The notes under the pieces: generated by a model
What the model saw: the letters and a program-made list of their open reading frames with translations, nothing else
What the model was told of the DNA's origin: nothing
Databases searched by the model: none
Made by a program: the position numbers and the translations under genes
In this document: positions 29,171 through 38,798 of the stretch, piece after piece
Numbering within the stretch: the stretch's first letter is position 1
Layout of the letters: the number at the start of each line of letters is the position of its first letter
Assembly: GCA_963674755.2 (NCBI GenBank)
Contig: CAXXVS010000002.1
Coordinates: 2,542,730-2,606,729 of the forward strand
Length of the DNA: 64,000 bases
Reading direction: 5' to 3'
DNA from: Desulfobacterales bacterium
Lineage (GTDB): Bacteria > Desulfobacterota > Desulfobacteria > Desulfobacterales > UBA5852

Positions 29171-31162
29171 ATGACCACCAAGCCAACCGATGAAGGTTTG
29201 GAAAAGGCGATCAAGGACCTGGCGTCCAAAAATGCCGCGCTTACCGCCAGGGTTAAATCGCTTACCGAAGATAACCTGAGGTATCGGAGCCTTTTCGATC
29301 GAGCCATCGATTCCATTTTCACTTTGGAGGACTATGCGTTTCTCGAATGCAACCAAATGACGCTGGCGATGTTTGGATGTAATCGCGTCAACGATATCCT
29401 GGGATCCCACCCCTGGGATTTTTCTCCGCCCCACCAGCCTGATGGACGCCCGTCAAAGGAAAAAGCTATTGAATTGATCGAAGCCACTTTAGGTGGAAAA
29501 CCCCAGAAATTCTTCTGGCGGCACTGCCAGAAAAATGGCCGGAAATTCGATGCGGAAGTATCCTTGAATCTTTTGGAAACGACGGGGAAGCAGCTGGTGC
29601 AGGCGATCGTGCGGGAGACCACCGAGATTAATCTGGCAAGGGAGGCCCTGCGCGCGCGGGATGAGGAATATCTTACCCTTTTCGACATGGTTTCGGATGC
29701 GCTTGGCTTGATTGACATCGAAACCGGGCAAATGCTCGATGTCAATCAAGCCTTTGTCGAACTGTATGGCTACAGCAAATCGGAAGTGCTCCGGATGAAG
29801 AACACCGATTTTTCAGCGGAGCCGGACAAAACCGCCGAAGCTACCCGGTTGCGAGGCGCATATATCCCCATCAGGTGGCACAAGAAGAAGGATGGAACCG
29901 TATTCCCCACGGAAATTTCCGCCCGGATTTTGAAATATGAAGGGCGGGATGTCCACATGGCCGCCATCAGGGATATTACCGAGCGTTACAGATATGAAGC
30001 CCAGCATCGTCGATCACAGAAGATGGAATCTCTGGGCCTTCTGGCCGGAGGTGTTGCCCATGACCTCAACAATGTCCTCTCCGGACTGGTAAGCTATCCT
30101 GAATTGTTGCTGCTGGACCTGCCGGCGGACAGCCCGCTCCGAAACCCCATCGAAACTATCCAGGAATCCGGGAAAAGAGCGACCGCCATCGTAGAGGACC
30201 TGCTGACCATTGCCCGTGGCGTCGCCATCACTAGAGGACCTCTTCGTCTGAACGACGTTATAAAAGAATATTTGGCCTCCCCTGAATTTAAAAAACTCCT
30301 CCAATTCCATCCCGATGTTACGGTCAGGACCAAATTGGATCCCGACCTGATGAACATTTCAGCCTCCCAGGTTCATATCCGCAAAGCGCTGATGAATTTA
30401 TTGTCAAACGCCGCGGAAGCCATTGAGGGAAGCGGTACCGTAACCATTTCGACATCAAACCGCTACATCGATATGGAGGTGGATCGTTATGCAAAACTGA
30501 CGGAAAACGACTATGTGGTTTTGTCGATTACCGATGAGGGCCCGGGAATTTCACCCGGGGAATTAGAACGGATTTTCGAACCGTTTTTCACCAAGAAAGT
30601 CATGGGCCGAAGCGGCACCGGCCTCGGATTGGCCGTGGTATGGAATGTGGTGCAAGATCATGGCGGAACCATCGAGGTGACATCGGACAATACCGGAACG
30701 ACGTTCCAGCTGTACTTCCCGATAACCAAAGATGCCGTTTTAGACAGCGCTTCAGCCAAGCCCCTTGCCATGTACCAGGGCAAGGGGGAAACCGTATTGG
30801 TTGTCGATGACGTGGGACCCCAAAGGGAAATCGCCTGTAAGCTTTTGCAGCGATTAGGCTATGACGCTAGGGCCGTATCCAGCGGCGAGGAGGCGGTCGA
30901 ATTCCTGAAGCACGCTTCGGTGGATCTGGTCCTGCTCGACATGATTATGGAACCCGGCCTGAACGGGTTGGAAACCTACGCCAAAATCACCGCCCTGCAT
31001 CCCAAACAAAAGGCTATCCTGGTGAGCGGTTTTGCACAAACCGACGAAGTCAGGAAGGCGCAGCGCTTAGGGGCAGGCCAATTCATTAAGAAGCCCTACA
31101 CATTAGAAAAAATTGGGCTGGCGATCAGAGATGAATTGCGTGAACAACGGGAACCGAACTAA
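29171..31162 (+). CDS. Hybrid sensor histidine kinase (2 PAS, HisKA, HATPase, REC)
   Basis: AHDLNN, NLLSNA, DEGPGI, FEPFFT, GTGLGL, LLDMIM. Confidence 0.95.
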   Translation: MTTKPTDEGLEKAIKDLASKNAALTARVKSLTEDNLRYRSLFDRAIDSIFTLEDYAFLECNQMTLAMFGCNRVNDILGSHPWDFSPPHQPDGRPSKEKAIELIEATLGGKPQKFFWRHCQKNGRKFDAEVSLNLLETTGKQLVQAIVRETTEINLAREALRARDEEYLTLFDMVSDALGLIDIETGQMLDVNQAFVELYGYSKSEVLRMKNTDFSAEPDKTAEATRLRGAYIPIRWHKKKDGTVFPTEISARILKYEGRDVHMAAIRDITERYRYEAQHRRSQKMESLGLLAGGVAHDLNNVLSGLVSYPELLLLDLPADSPLRNPIETIQESGKRATAIVEDLLTIARGVAITRGPLRLNDVIKEYLASPEFKKLLQFHPDVTVRTKLDPDLMNISASQVHIRKALMNLLSNAAEAIEGSGTVTISTSNRYIDMEVDRYAKLTENDYVVLSITDEGPGISPGELERIFEPFFTKKVMGRSGTGLGLAVVWNVVQDHGGTIEVTSDNTGTTFQLYFPITKDAVLDSASAKPLAMYQGKGETVLVVDDVGPQREIACKLLQRLGYDARAVSSGEEAVEFLKHASVDLVLLDMIMEPGLNGLETYAKITALHPKQKAILVSGFAQTDEVRKAQRLGAGQFIKKPYTLEKIGLAIRDELREQREPN

Positions 31163-31374
31163 AACCGCAGCCCTTTGTTCAAACCATCTCTGAATTTCCA
31201 CCGAAATTCCCCTCGCGTAAAGCAAGGTCAAACATCCGGAACCCGAATTTTCGCCATTTCAAACCATAGTGGCCCCATTCGCAAATAACGGCCAGCGGAT
31301 TGACAGCCAAGCGACACTATGGTTATTTTTGCGACCCGTACCCGCATCGATGAACCATTCGCAGGAGAGGACGC

Positions 31375-31869
31375 ATGCCCATTTACGAGTTCTATTGTGA
31401 CCGCTGCCACACCATCTTCAACTTCTTTTCCCGCACGGTCAATACCACCAAGACCCCCGACTGCCCCAAATGTAAAAAGAACAAACTCTCCCGCCAGGTC
31501 TCCATGTTCGCCGTCACCGGACGCGCCAAGGAGGACGGGGATGCGGACGACCTGCCCTTTGACGAGAGCCAGATGGAAAAAGCCATGCAGATGCTGGCCG
31601 GCGAAGCGGACAAGATCAATGAGGACGACCCCCGCCAGGCCGCGCAGTTGATGCGCAAGCTTTCCAATATGACCGGCATGGAGTTGGGCGACGGCATGCA
31701 GGAAGCCCTGAGCCGTATGGAACAGGGGGAGGACCCCGAAAAGATCGAGGCTGAAATGGGCGATCTCCTGGAAGGCGAAGACCCCTTCATCCTGAAAAAT
31801 AAAAAGGCCCGCCTGGCCGCCGCCAGACAGCGCGCCCCGTTTCGCGATGAAACCCTCTACGACTTATAG
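31375..31869 (+). CDS. FmdB-family zinc-ribbon protein
   Basis: MPIYEFYCDRC...CPKC. Confidence 0.88.
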   Translation: MPIYEFYCDRCHTIFNFFSRTVNTTKTPDCPKCKKNKLSRQVSMFAVTGRAKEDGDADDLPFDESQMEKAMQMLAGEADKINEDDPRQAAQLMRKLSNMTGMELGDGMQEALSRMEQGEDPEKIEAEMGDLLEGEDPFILKNKKARLAAARQRAPFRDETLYDL

Positions 31870-31895
31870 GCCGATCGGTCCGCCGCCATTGACAG

Positions 31896-32184
31896 CGTGA
31901 GTCTTATCCCGCATAGCAATAAGCGTCAGGGAACCCCCCTTTTATAAGTAAAGGGATTAAAAACAGTCTGTTAGCCTTTGGTTTTAAGATTTCTCTTTGT
32001 CCCGCACCGAGCATCGGCGACGCGCAGGATGAGGCGGGACACGGGCGTTTGAAGCCTGTCACGCCGAGGCGTGATTGCTTCGTTTTCTTCCACGTGGAAG
32101 AAAATGAAGGTTCCAATTGATGTAATTGCATGCAGGATCGGTAGAACCTATCCGGGTCCTCCACTAGAGGTAAGGGGCTTAGAT
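31896..32184 (+). repeat. Family B repeat, copy B4 (inner stem-loop absent)
   Basis: CGTGAGTCT start, core TTTGTCCCGCACCGAGCATCGGCG joined directly to ACGCGCAGG..GCGGGACACGGGCG, TTAGAT end. Confidence 0.85.
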
Positions 32185-32206
32185 CAAAACCAAGGGGAAT
32201 AATGCC

Positions 32207-32731
32207 ATGGACAAACGCTTGCTTGAACGCATCGGGATCCAACAGGGCGACATCACCCGCCTGGAGGTGGACGCCATCGTCAATGCCGCCAACACCCGCC
32301 TGCTGGGGGGCGGCGGGGTGGACGGGGCCATTCACCGGGCGGCCGGTCCGGAGCTGCTGGCAGAATGCCGTGGCCTCGGGGGCTGCCCCACCGGGGAGGC
32401 CCGTCTCACCAAGGGCTATCGCCTGCCGGCACGCTATGTCATTCATACCGTGGGGCCGGTTTACCGGGGCCGCCCGGAGGATCCCCGCCTGCTGGAAAGC
32501 TGCTATGTCAACACCCTGAAGCTGGCCGCCGGACGCCAGCTTGAGAGCATCGCCTTTCCGGCCATCAGCTGCGGGGTGTACGGCTACCCGCTGGAAGCGG
32601 CCTGCAAGATCGCGGTGGACACGACCCTGGCCTTTCTGGCCAACCACCCCGGCCTCCAACGGGTCGTGTTCGTCCTGTTTTCGGACAGCGACCGGCGCGT
32701 TTACGAGGACTATCTCAAAAGCCTGGCCTGA
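32207..32731 (+). CDS. Macro-domain O-acetyl-ADP-ribose deacetylase (YmdB-like)
   Basis: [39 protein letters not shown]. Confidence 0.93.
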   Translation: MDKRLLERIGIQQGDITRLEVDAIVNAANTRLLGGGGVDGAIHRAAGPELLAECRGLGGCPTGEARLTKGYRLPARYVIHTVGPVYRGRPEDPRLLESCYVNTLKLAAGRQLESIAFPAISCGVYGYPLEAACKIAVDTTLAFLANHPGLQRVVFVLFSDSDRRVYEDYLKSLA

Positions 32732-32908
32732 AACCACGGCCGGCTCGTCTTTAGCCTCATTTTTCGCTGCTCCACACGGACGCGAATCGCAATTTTTCAT
32801 TGACAATCAAGGGAAAACCATTAAGTTGGGCGCAAATTGCAAACGCCCTGACCCAATTGGTCGGGGGGCGGGCCCGACAGCCCGCATCAACCAAGGAGGA
32901 TTACACGC

Positions 32909-33229
32909 ATGATTGAAGTCACCCCGGCAGCAACCGAGCAGGTTGCTGAGTATTTTAAAGGCAAAGAGGCCTCCCCCATTCGGGTTTTTCTTAATTCCGG
33001 CGGCTGAGGCGGCCCCTCTCTGGCATTGGCTCTGGATGAGCCAAAAGACAGCGACCAGGTCTTCGACGTCGACGGATTCCAGTACATCGTGGACAAGGAT
33101 TTCATCGAGAAGGTCAAACCCATCAAGGTAGATTTCGTGGATATCGGTTTCCGCTTGTCATGCGCCGTGGATTTCAGCGCGGGCGGCAGCTCCTGTTCGG
33201 GATGCGGATCATCCGGCACCTGCGGATAA
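32909..33229 (+). CDS. HesB/IscA-like selenoprotein (in-frame UGA read as Sec)
   Basis: AAGGAGG RBS; MIEVTPAATEQVAEYFKGKEASPIRVFLNSGG-U-GGPSLALALDEP...; TGA at 33005-33007 (codon 33) in frame with ORF 33026-33229. Confidence 0.9.
33026..33044 (+). promoter_or_regulatory. Putative bacterial SECIS apical hairpin
   Basis: TTGGCTC-TGGAT-GAGCCAA, loop 25 nt after the UGA with G in the first two loop positions. Confidence 0.7.
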
Positions 33230-33250
33230 CTATCGACCCAAGGTCATCGA

Positions 33251-33280
33251 AGGCAGCGCCCAACAGCGCTGCCTTTTTTT
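33251..33280 (+). terminator. Rho-independent terminator
   Basis: AGGCAGCGC-CCAACA-GCGCTGCCT followed by a T run. Confidence 0.85.
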
Positions 33281-33340
33281 ATGCCGTATTGACGGGGCAT
33301 CATCATGATGGTAACTCAGCCGTTAAGTTTTCACTTAAAT

Positions 33341-33539
33341 AGTATCCATCCAGAAATGGCATCTTTTGACCCCTGGCGGCGTTCTCGCCTCCTGTCGGTC
33401 CTCGGCGTAGCCGGGCTACGCCTGCGGGCGCCCGTCGGCTGCGGTTTGTTGAACACCGTTGTGTTCAAAGATCAGATGTGAAATCCCGCGCTGTGCGGCG
33501 GGACCAAAAACCAAAACCTACCACCTCTGGATGGGTACT
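33341..33539. repeat. Family A MITE-like element, copy A3 (inverted relative to A1/A2)
   Basis: AGTATCCATCCAGA / TCTGGATGGGTACT; AAATGGCAT..CCCCTGGCGGCGTTCTCGC matches reverse complement of A2. Confidence 0.8.
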
Positions 33540-33638
33540 GAATAGCATCCCGTTCAAATCTGACGGATTACTATCGGTCTAAGAAACCGGTGGCAAAGGC
33601 AACAGGCTTATTCAACGACCCGCAGGAGGAAATGAGGC

Positions 33639-34355
33639 ATGGCCAAGATTGACTACACCCTGGACGAATCCGTTGCCGTGGTGGCATTGAATGACGGCGA
33701 AAACCGTTTCAATCCGAATTTTCTGAACGCTTATTTGGCGGTTCTGGACGAGATCGAGCAGCAGACCGAGGCCCGCACCCTGGTGGTCCATTCCACCCAT
33801 GCCAAGATCTTCAGCAACGGCATCGATCTGGAGTGGCTGGTGCCTGTCATCCAAAAAGGTGATATCCCGGCCGCCAAGGACTTTTTCTTTCTGCTCAACA
33901 AACTCCTGCTACGTCTGGTGACCTACCCGGCCGTCACCATCGCGGCCATCACCGGCCATGCCTTTGCCGGGGGCGCCATCATGGCCTGCACTTTCGATTT
34001 TCGCCTGATGCGCTCCGACCGGGGGTTTCTCTGCCTCCCGGAAGTCGATCTGGGCATCCCCTTCCTGCCTGGCATGAACGCCATCCTGGCCAAGGCCATC
34101 CCCCACTACAAGCTGGAGGAAATGCAGTATACCGGCTGCCGCCTGACCGCGGAAGATTGTGAGCGGCACCATATCATCCGCAAGGCCTGCCACATCTCCG
34201 ACCTGCTCGATGAGACCCTGACCTTCGCCCGCAGCCTCAACAAGAAGCGGGCCATCGTGCAGGAAATGAAAATGCGGCTGAACCGCCCGATCATCCAGGC
34301 CATTGAAGTGGAAGACATCCCCTATATCGAATCCGGAAAATATAATATAGGCTGA
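33639..34355 (+). CDS. Enoyl-CoA hydratase/isomerase family protein
   Basis: FSNGIDL, IAAITGHAFAGG, LCLPEVDLG. Confidence 0.92.
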   Translation: MAKIDYTLDESVAVVALNDGENRFNPNFLNAYLAVLDEIEQQTEARTLVVHSTHAKIFSNGIDLEWLVPVIQKGDIPAAKDFFFLLNKLLLRLVTYPAVTIAAITGHAFAGGAIMACTFDFRLMRSDRGFLCLPEVDLGIPFLPGMNAILAKAIPHYKLEEMQYTGCRLTAEDCERHHIIRKACHISDLLDETLTFARSLNKKRAIVQEMKMRLNRPIIQAIEVEDIPYIESGKYNIG

Positions 34356-34396
34356 TGGCGCGGCACGCCGTTGCCGGGCAGCCCGGGAGAGCCTCC

Positions 34397-34567
34397 ATGG
34401 AATTTGTCATCACCGGCGCCATTGCCGCCGCGGCGGGAATCGCCGGCTTTTTTATCTTGCGACGCACCCGGCCGGCCAACCCGCCGAAAGTCGAATTTGT
34501 CTGCCGGAACTGCGGCGAAAAGCATTGCGAGTGTGAGAACAAGCCTGGAGAGCGGCCCCAAGCTTAA
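34397..34567 (+). CDS. Small membrane-anchored Cys-rich protein
   Basis: GGAGAG RBS; one TM helix; FVCRNCGEKHCEC. Confidence 0.6.
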   Translation: MEFVITGAIAAAAGIAGFFILRRTRPANPPKVEFVCRNCGEKHCECENKPGERPQA

Positions 34568-34792
34568 GCCCCGTCATAGGGGATTTGAAAAAGGTTTTTT
34601 CTGCCTTTGGTTTTCATGCTTCCCTTTGCCCCGCGCTGAGCATCGACGGGGCGGAGGGTTAAGCGGGACACGGGCGTTTTCTTTCAGCTTCCTTTTCTTT
34701 CACGGGAAAGAAAAGGAAGAGACTATCTTTGAAATGCACCACGGATCGATATCCCCTCTCTGGGTCCTCCACCAGAGGTGGCGGGTGTAGAT
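34565..34792 (+). repeat. Family B repeat, copy B5 (5' motif and inner stem-loop absent)
   Basis: CTTTGGTTTTCA..GCGGGACACGGGCGTTTTCTTT..GTCCTCCACCAGAGG..GTAGAT nearly identical to B1. Confidence 0.85.
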
Positions 34793-34864
34793 CGAAACTA
34801 AGGCCGTGGTCGGCCGTACAACGTGCCCTTCCCTGAAGCCCCCGCCGCCGCCCAAGGAGGCGCC

Positions 34865-35701
34865 ATGGATTCCGATCGAATCAAAGAACTGATGCCCGAC
34901 GAGCTCCGGCAGCTGCTGGCCCGCACCCGGGAGAAGCGCTACGCCCTGATCGACGTCCGGCAACCGGGAGAATATGCCGTGGCCCATATTCCCGGGGCCA
35001 CCCTGCTGCCCCTGATGGAGCTGGAGGAGCGTCTGTTCGATCTGCCGGCCGACCGGGAGCTCATCTTCTATTGCAGTGCGGGACCGCGCTCCGCAATCGC
35101 CGCGGCCCTGGCCGCCGAGGCCGAACTTTCCAATCTGCCGATTTATACTCTGGTGGGCGGCATGCTGGCCTGGGACGGCCACAAGATCGCCGATTTCCCC
35201 CGGGTGCAGGTCTTCGACCAGGCCCGCAGCCTGCCGGACATGCTGCTGACGGCCATGGATCTCGAAAAGGGCGCCTATCGCTACTACCGCGCCATCCTGG
35301 ATCGCTTCGATGCCCTGCCCTTTCGTTCCGTGATCGAACACTTGTCCCGGGCGGAAGAAGCCCACGCCCACATGATCTACGCCCTCTGGCAACCGAATCA
35401 AGCCGACCCGCCGCCTTTCGAAGCCCTCTTCGACGACCTGCTCGGCGATATCCTGGAGGGCGGCGCAACGTTAAAGGAGGCCCTCGATCACCTCCAGGCC
35501 TTGCATTCGGATAACCATATCCCTATCCTGGAATTGTCCCTCAGCATCGAATACCGGGCCTACGATCTCTATCGCAGCCTGGCCGAACGCACTGCGGACG
35601 CCCATGTCAGAGACAATCTGCTGACCATCGCCCAGGCGGAGAAATCCCACATGCGGCAGTTGCAGCAGGCCCTGGCCGACAGCTTTAAACCCGCGCCTTA
35701 A
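34865..35701 (+). CDS. Rhodanese plus rubrerythrin/ferritin-like domain protein
   Basis: LIDVRQPGEY..HIPGA, FYCSAGPRS; EEAH and EKSH diiron-type motifs. Confidence 0.88.
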   Translation: MDSDRIKELMPDELRQLLARTREKRYALIDVRQPGEYAVAHIPGATLLPLMELEERLFDLPADRELIFYCSAGPRSAIAAALAAEAELSNLPIYTLVGGMLAWDGHKIADFPRVQVFDQARSLPDMLLTAMDLEKGAYRYYRAILDRFDALPFRSVIEHLSRAEEAHAHMIYALWQPNQADPPPFEALFDDLLGDILEGGATLKEALDHLQALHSDNHIPILELSLSIEYRAYDLYRSLAERTADAHVRDNLLTIAQAEKSHMRQLQQALADSFKPAP

Positions 35702-35744
35702 CCGACCTGTTGCGCAAAGGCGCACAATTCTGAACGGTGCCGCC

Positions 35745-37382
35745 ATGTCCCTATCCGAATCCCCTGGGTGCCAGGTTCTTGATTACCACGAGCGAACCAA
35801 GCACCACTTCCATCGCTTTGCCCGCTCGGCCGGTTATATGGATTGGGACAACCAGCCGGCCCCCTTCCGAACCTATACCGGGACGCGCTCGATCCCCCTG
35901 CCCCTGGTCGGCAGCGACCCTTCCCTGGAGTACGCCGCCCTGTTCCAGCCGGCCGCGGGCCTACCGATGCCCTGGGAGCTTGCCCCCATCGGCTTGCTCT
36001 TCGAACTCGCCATGGGGCTCTCTGCCTGGAAAGCCTTAGCCGGCCAGCGCTGGGCCCTGCGCATGAACCCCTCCAGCGGCAATCTGCACCCCACCGAGGC
36101 CCATATTATCGCCCTCGGTTTCCGGGACCTGCCCGACGGTCTCTATCACTACCATCCCCTGGCGCATGCCCTGGAGGAGAGGGCCCGGCTCTCGCCGGCC
36201 CAGGCCTCCGCCCTGGCACCGCACCTCGGCGCGCCCTGTGGCCTGGTGGCCCTCACCAGCATTTTCTGGCGTGAAGCCTGGAAATACGGGGAGCGCGCCT
36301 TGCGCTACTGCCAGCACGACGTGGGCCACGCCCTGGCGGCCCTGCGCCTGGCCGCCCGGATCTTAAACTGGCGGCTGGTGCGTCTGGCAGCCGCGGACGA
36401 CGATATCAGCACCGCCCTGGGGTTGGATCGCACCCCCTGGCCGCCCCAGGAAAGCGAAGCACCGGCCCTGATCGCCACCCTGCGCCCGGCCGGCGATGCT
36501 CGTCCGCCACAGATCTTCCCGGCCGAAGCCGCCCGGATTCTGGGAACCGTCGAGATTATGGGGCGTCCGAACCGGCTCAGCCCGGAGCACCGGGATTGGG
36601 ATATCATTCCCCAGACCGCCGCCGCCTGCTGCTGCCCACAGCAAACGGTAGCCCCGCCGCCGATAGAAACAGCGCCGGATACGCCCATTGCCGGTCCGCC
36701 ACCGGCCGGCCTCCGAGCGGCCGCCATTATTAGGCAGCGGCGCAGCGCCCAGGCCTTCGATCCCCAGGGGCAGCTCGACCGGGACGCTTTCCTGGGCCTG
36801 CTGGACCGGACCCGGCCGCGGCCGGCCGGCCCGCCCTTCGATGCCCTAAACGGACCGGCGCGCATCAGCCTGGTGCTTTTCGTACACCGCGTCCGGGACG
36901 TACCTCCCGGGCTGTATGCCTTCATCCGCCATCCCTCTCATCTGGCGGATCTGCGCCGAGCCACCTCGTCCGCTTTTGCCTGGGATTGCCCGGAGAGCGG
37001 TTTTCCGCTCTACCTCCTGGAGCCGGGCGATGTTCGGGCCGAGGCCATCGACCTTTCCTGCCGGCAGGAGATCGGCGGCTTCAGTTGCTTTTCCCTGGGC
37101 ATGTTAGCCCGCTTTGAAGCGCAAGTGCGCGACACGCCCTGGGTCTACCGGGAGCTCTTCTGGGAAGCCGGCCTGATCGGCCAGGTGCTCTATCTGGAAG
37201 CCGAGGCCCGCGGAGTGCGGGGCACGGGCATCGGCTGCTATTTCGACGATGCCGTCCACGAACGCCTCGGCCTCCAGGACCATATCTGGCAGAGCCTCTA
37301 CCATTTCACCGTCGGTGTCCCCATCGAGGATTCGCGTCTGCAGACCCTGCCGCCCTATTTCCATCGCGCTCCCGATCGATAG
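35745..37382 (+). CDS. SagB/ThcOx-family nitroreductase-like dehydrogenase
   Basis: YHERTKH, LRMNPSSGNLHPTE, WKYGERA, GTGIGCYFDD. Confidence 0.88.
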   Translation: MSLSESPGCQVLDYHERTKHHFHRFARSAGYMDWDNQPAPFRTYTGTRSIPLPLVGSDPSLEYAALFQPAAGLPMPWELAPIGLLFELAMGLSAWKALAGQRWALRMNPSSGNLHPTEAHIIALGFRDLPDGLYHYHPLAHALEERARLSPAQASALAPHLGAPCGLVALTSIFWREAWKYGERALRYCQHDVGHALAALRLAARILNWRLVRLAAADDDISTALGLDRTPWPPQESEAPALIATLRPAGDARPPQIFPAEAARILGTVEIMGRPNRLSPEHRDWDIIPQTAAACCCPQQTVAPPPIETAPDTPIAGPPPAGLRAAAIIRQRRSAQAFDPQGQLDRDAFLGLLDRTRPRPAGPPFDALNGPARISLVLFVHRVRDVPPGLYAFIRHPSHLADLRRATSSAFAWDCPESGFPLYLLEPGDVRAEAIDLSCRQEIGGFSCFSLGMLARFEAQVRDTPWVYRELFWEAGLIGQVLYLEAEARGVRGTGIGCYFDDAVHERLGLQDHIWQSLYHFTVGVPIEDSRLQTLPPYFHRAPDR

Positions 37383-37607
37383 CGACCGCACCCGACGCCA
37401 CAGACCCCGATCTGGAATTGCCCCCGTCCGGGGGCGTGTCTCCCGGCCCCCGCTGATTTCCCCTTGTGCCCGCTTCCGAAAACCGCTATGCCGCTTTGGG
37501 TGGGAATGCCCCCTAAAACACCTCTTGCCAAACCAAGGCCTGATTCCTGCGGAGAAAAACATTTGGACACCACCCCTCTGAAAAACCGCGACTGCCTGAG
37601 CCGCCCC

Positions 37608-38666
37608 ATGGAGGGAAACGTCATCCGCCGGGACCTCCACGACTGGTACCGCAAAAACCTCCGCCGTCTGCCCTGGCGGGAGACCCGCGACCCTTACGGC
37701 ATCTGGCTGTCGGAAGTCATGTTGCAGCAAACCCAGGTCAAAACCGCCATTCCCTACTACAACCGTTTCGTGGCGGCCTATCCGGACATCGCCCGCCTGG
37801 CCCGGGCCGCCCCCCAGGCCGTTCTGAAACTCTGGGAGGGCCTGGGCTACTACCGCCGGGCCCACCATCTCATGGAAGCCGCCCGGATCATCGTCCGGGA
37901 GTGGGACGGCCAGGTGCCGGACCGGCGCGAGGCTTTCCGTTCCCTGCCGGGGGTTGGGGACTACATCGCCAATGCGGTCATGAGCATCGCCTTCAACCAG
38001 CCCTGGGCCGTGGTGGACGGCAATGTCAAACGGGTTTTGGCACGCCTGTTCGGCATCGCTGAACCGGTCAACCGCCCCGGGTCCCACGCCTGCTACCAGG
38101 CCGTCGCCGACCGCCTCCTGGACCATGCCGATCCGGCCCTCCACAACCAGGCCGTCATGGAACTGGGAGCCCTGGTCTGCACCCCCCGCCGTCCGTCCTG
38201 CCCGACCTGCCCGCTGACGGATTCATGTAAGGCCTGGCGGGAGGGTGTGGTGGACCGCTACCCGCTGCGGGACCGCAAGGCCGCCGTGCCGGAACACGCC
38301 CTGGTGGCCGGGATAGTTTTAAAACGGGGCAAACTGCTGTTGCTGCGGCGCCCTGACGAGGGATTTCTGGGCGGTCTGTGGGAGTTTCCGGGAGGACGCC
38401 GCCGGCCCCGCGAAACGGCCGGCCAGGCCTGCCAGCGGACCATCAGGGACCACACCGGCCTGTCGGTAGCCGTGGGGGACCCCATCGCCCGGGTGCGGCA
38501 TGCCTATACCCATTTCAAGATTACCATGGAGGTGATGGCCTGCCGCTGGCAGGCGGGCCGGGTGCGGCTGAACGGGTCGGCCGCCTTTCGCTGGGTACCC
38601 CCGGACGAACTTCAGGACTTCCCCCTACCCGGAGCGGTGAAAAAGGTGCTCCCCTACCTGGGGTGA
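37608..38666 (+). CDS. mutY: A/G-specific adenine glycosylase with C-terminal NUDIX-like domain
   Basis: LPWR, SEVMLQQTQV, WEGLGYYRRA, LPGVG, VDGNVKRV, CTPRRPSCPTCPL. Confidence 0.95.
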   Translation: MEGNVIRRDLHDWYRKNLRRLPWRETRDPYGIWLSEVMLQQTQVKTAIPYYNRFVAAYPDIARLARAAPQAVLKLWEGLGYYRRAHHLMEAARIIVREWDGQVPDRREAFRSLPGVGDYIANAVMSIAFNQPWAVVDGNVKRVLARLFGIAEPVNRPGSHACYQAVADRLLDHADPALHNQAVMELGALVCTPRRPSCPTCPLTDSCKAWREGVVDRYPLRDRKAAVPEHALVAGIVLKRGKLLLLRRPDEGFLGGLWEFPGGRRRPRETAGQACQRTIRDHTGLSVAVGDPIARVRHAYTHFKITMEVMACRWQAGRVRLNGSAAFRWVPPDELQDFPLPGAVKKVLPYLG

Positions 38667-38798
38667 CCAGGTGCAGTCCCCGTGATTCGGTGGGGAAAGG
38701 CGTCGATGCCCGGCTGGTTGGCACATCCCGCGCAAATATGATATGTGCCGGCGGCCGTGGGCGACGAACTTATGGCCATACATGTTGAGGGGGTTTCA

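Noticed and set aside
34397..37382. RiPP/TOMM cluster around the SagB-like gene
   Set aside because: No YcaO, transporter or convincing precursor; stand-alone SagB-like nitroreductases are common.
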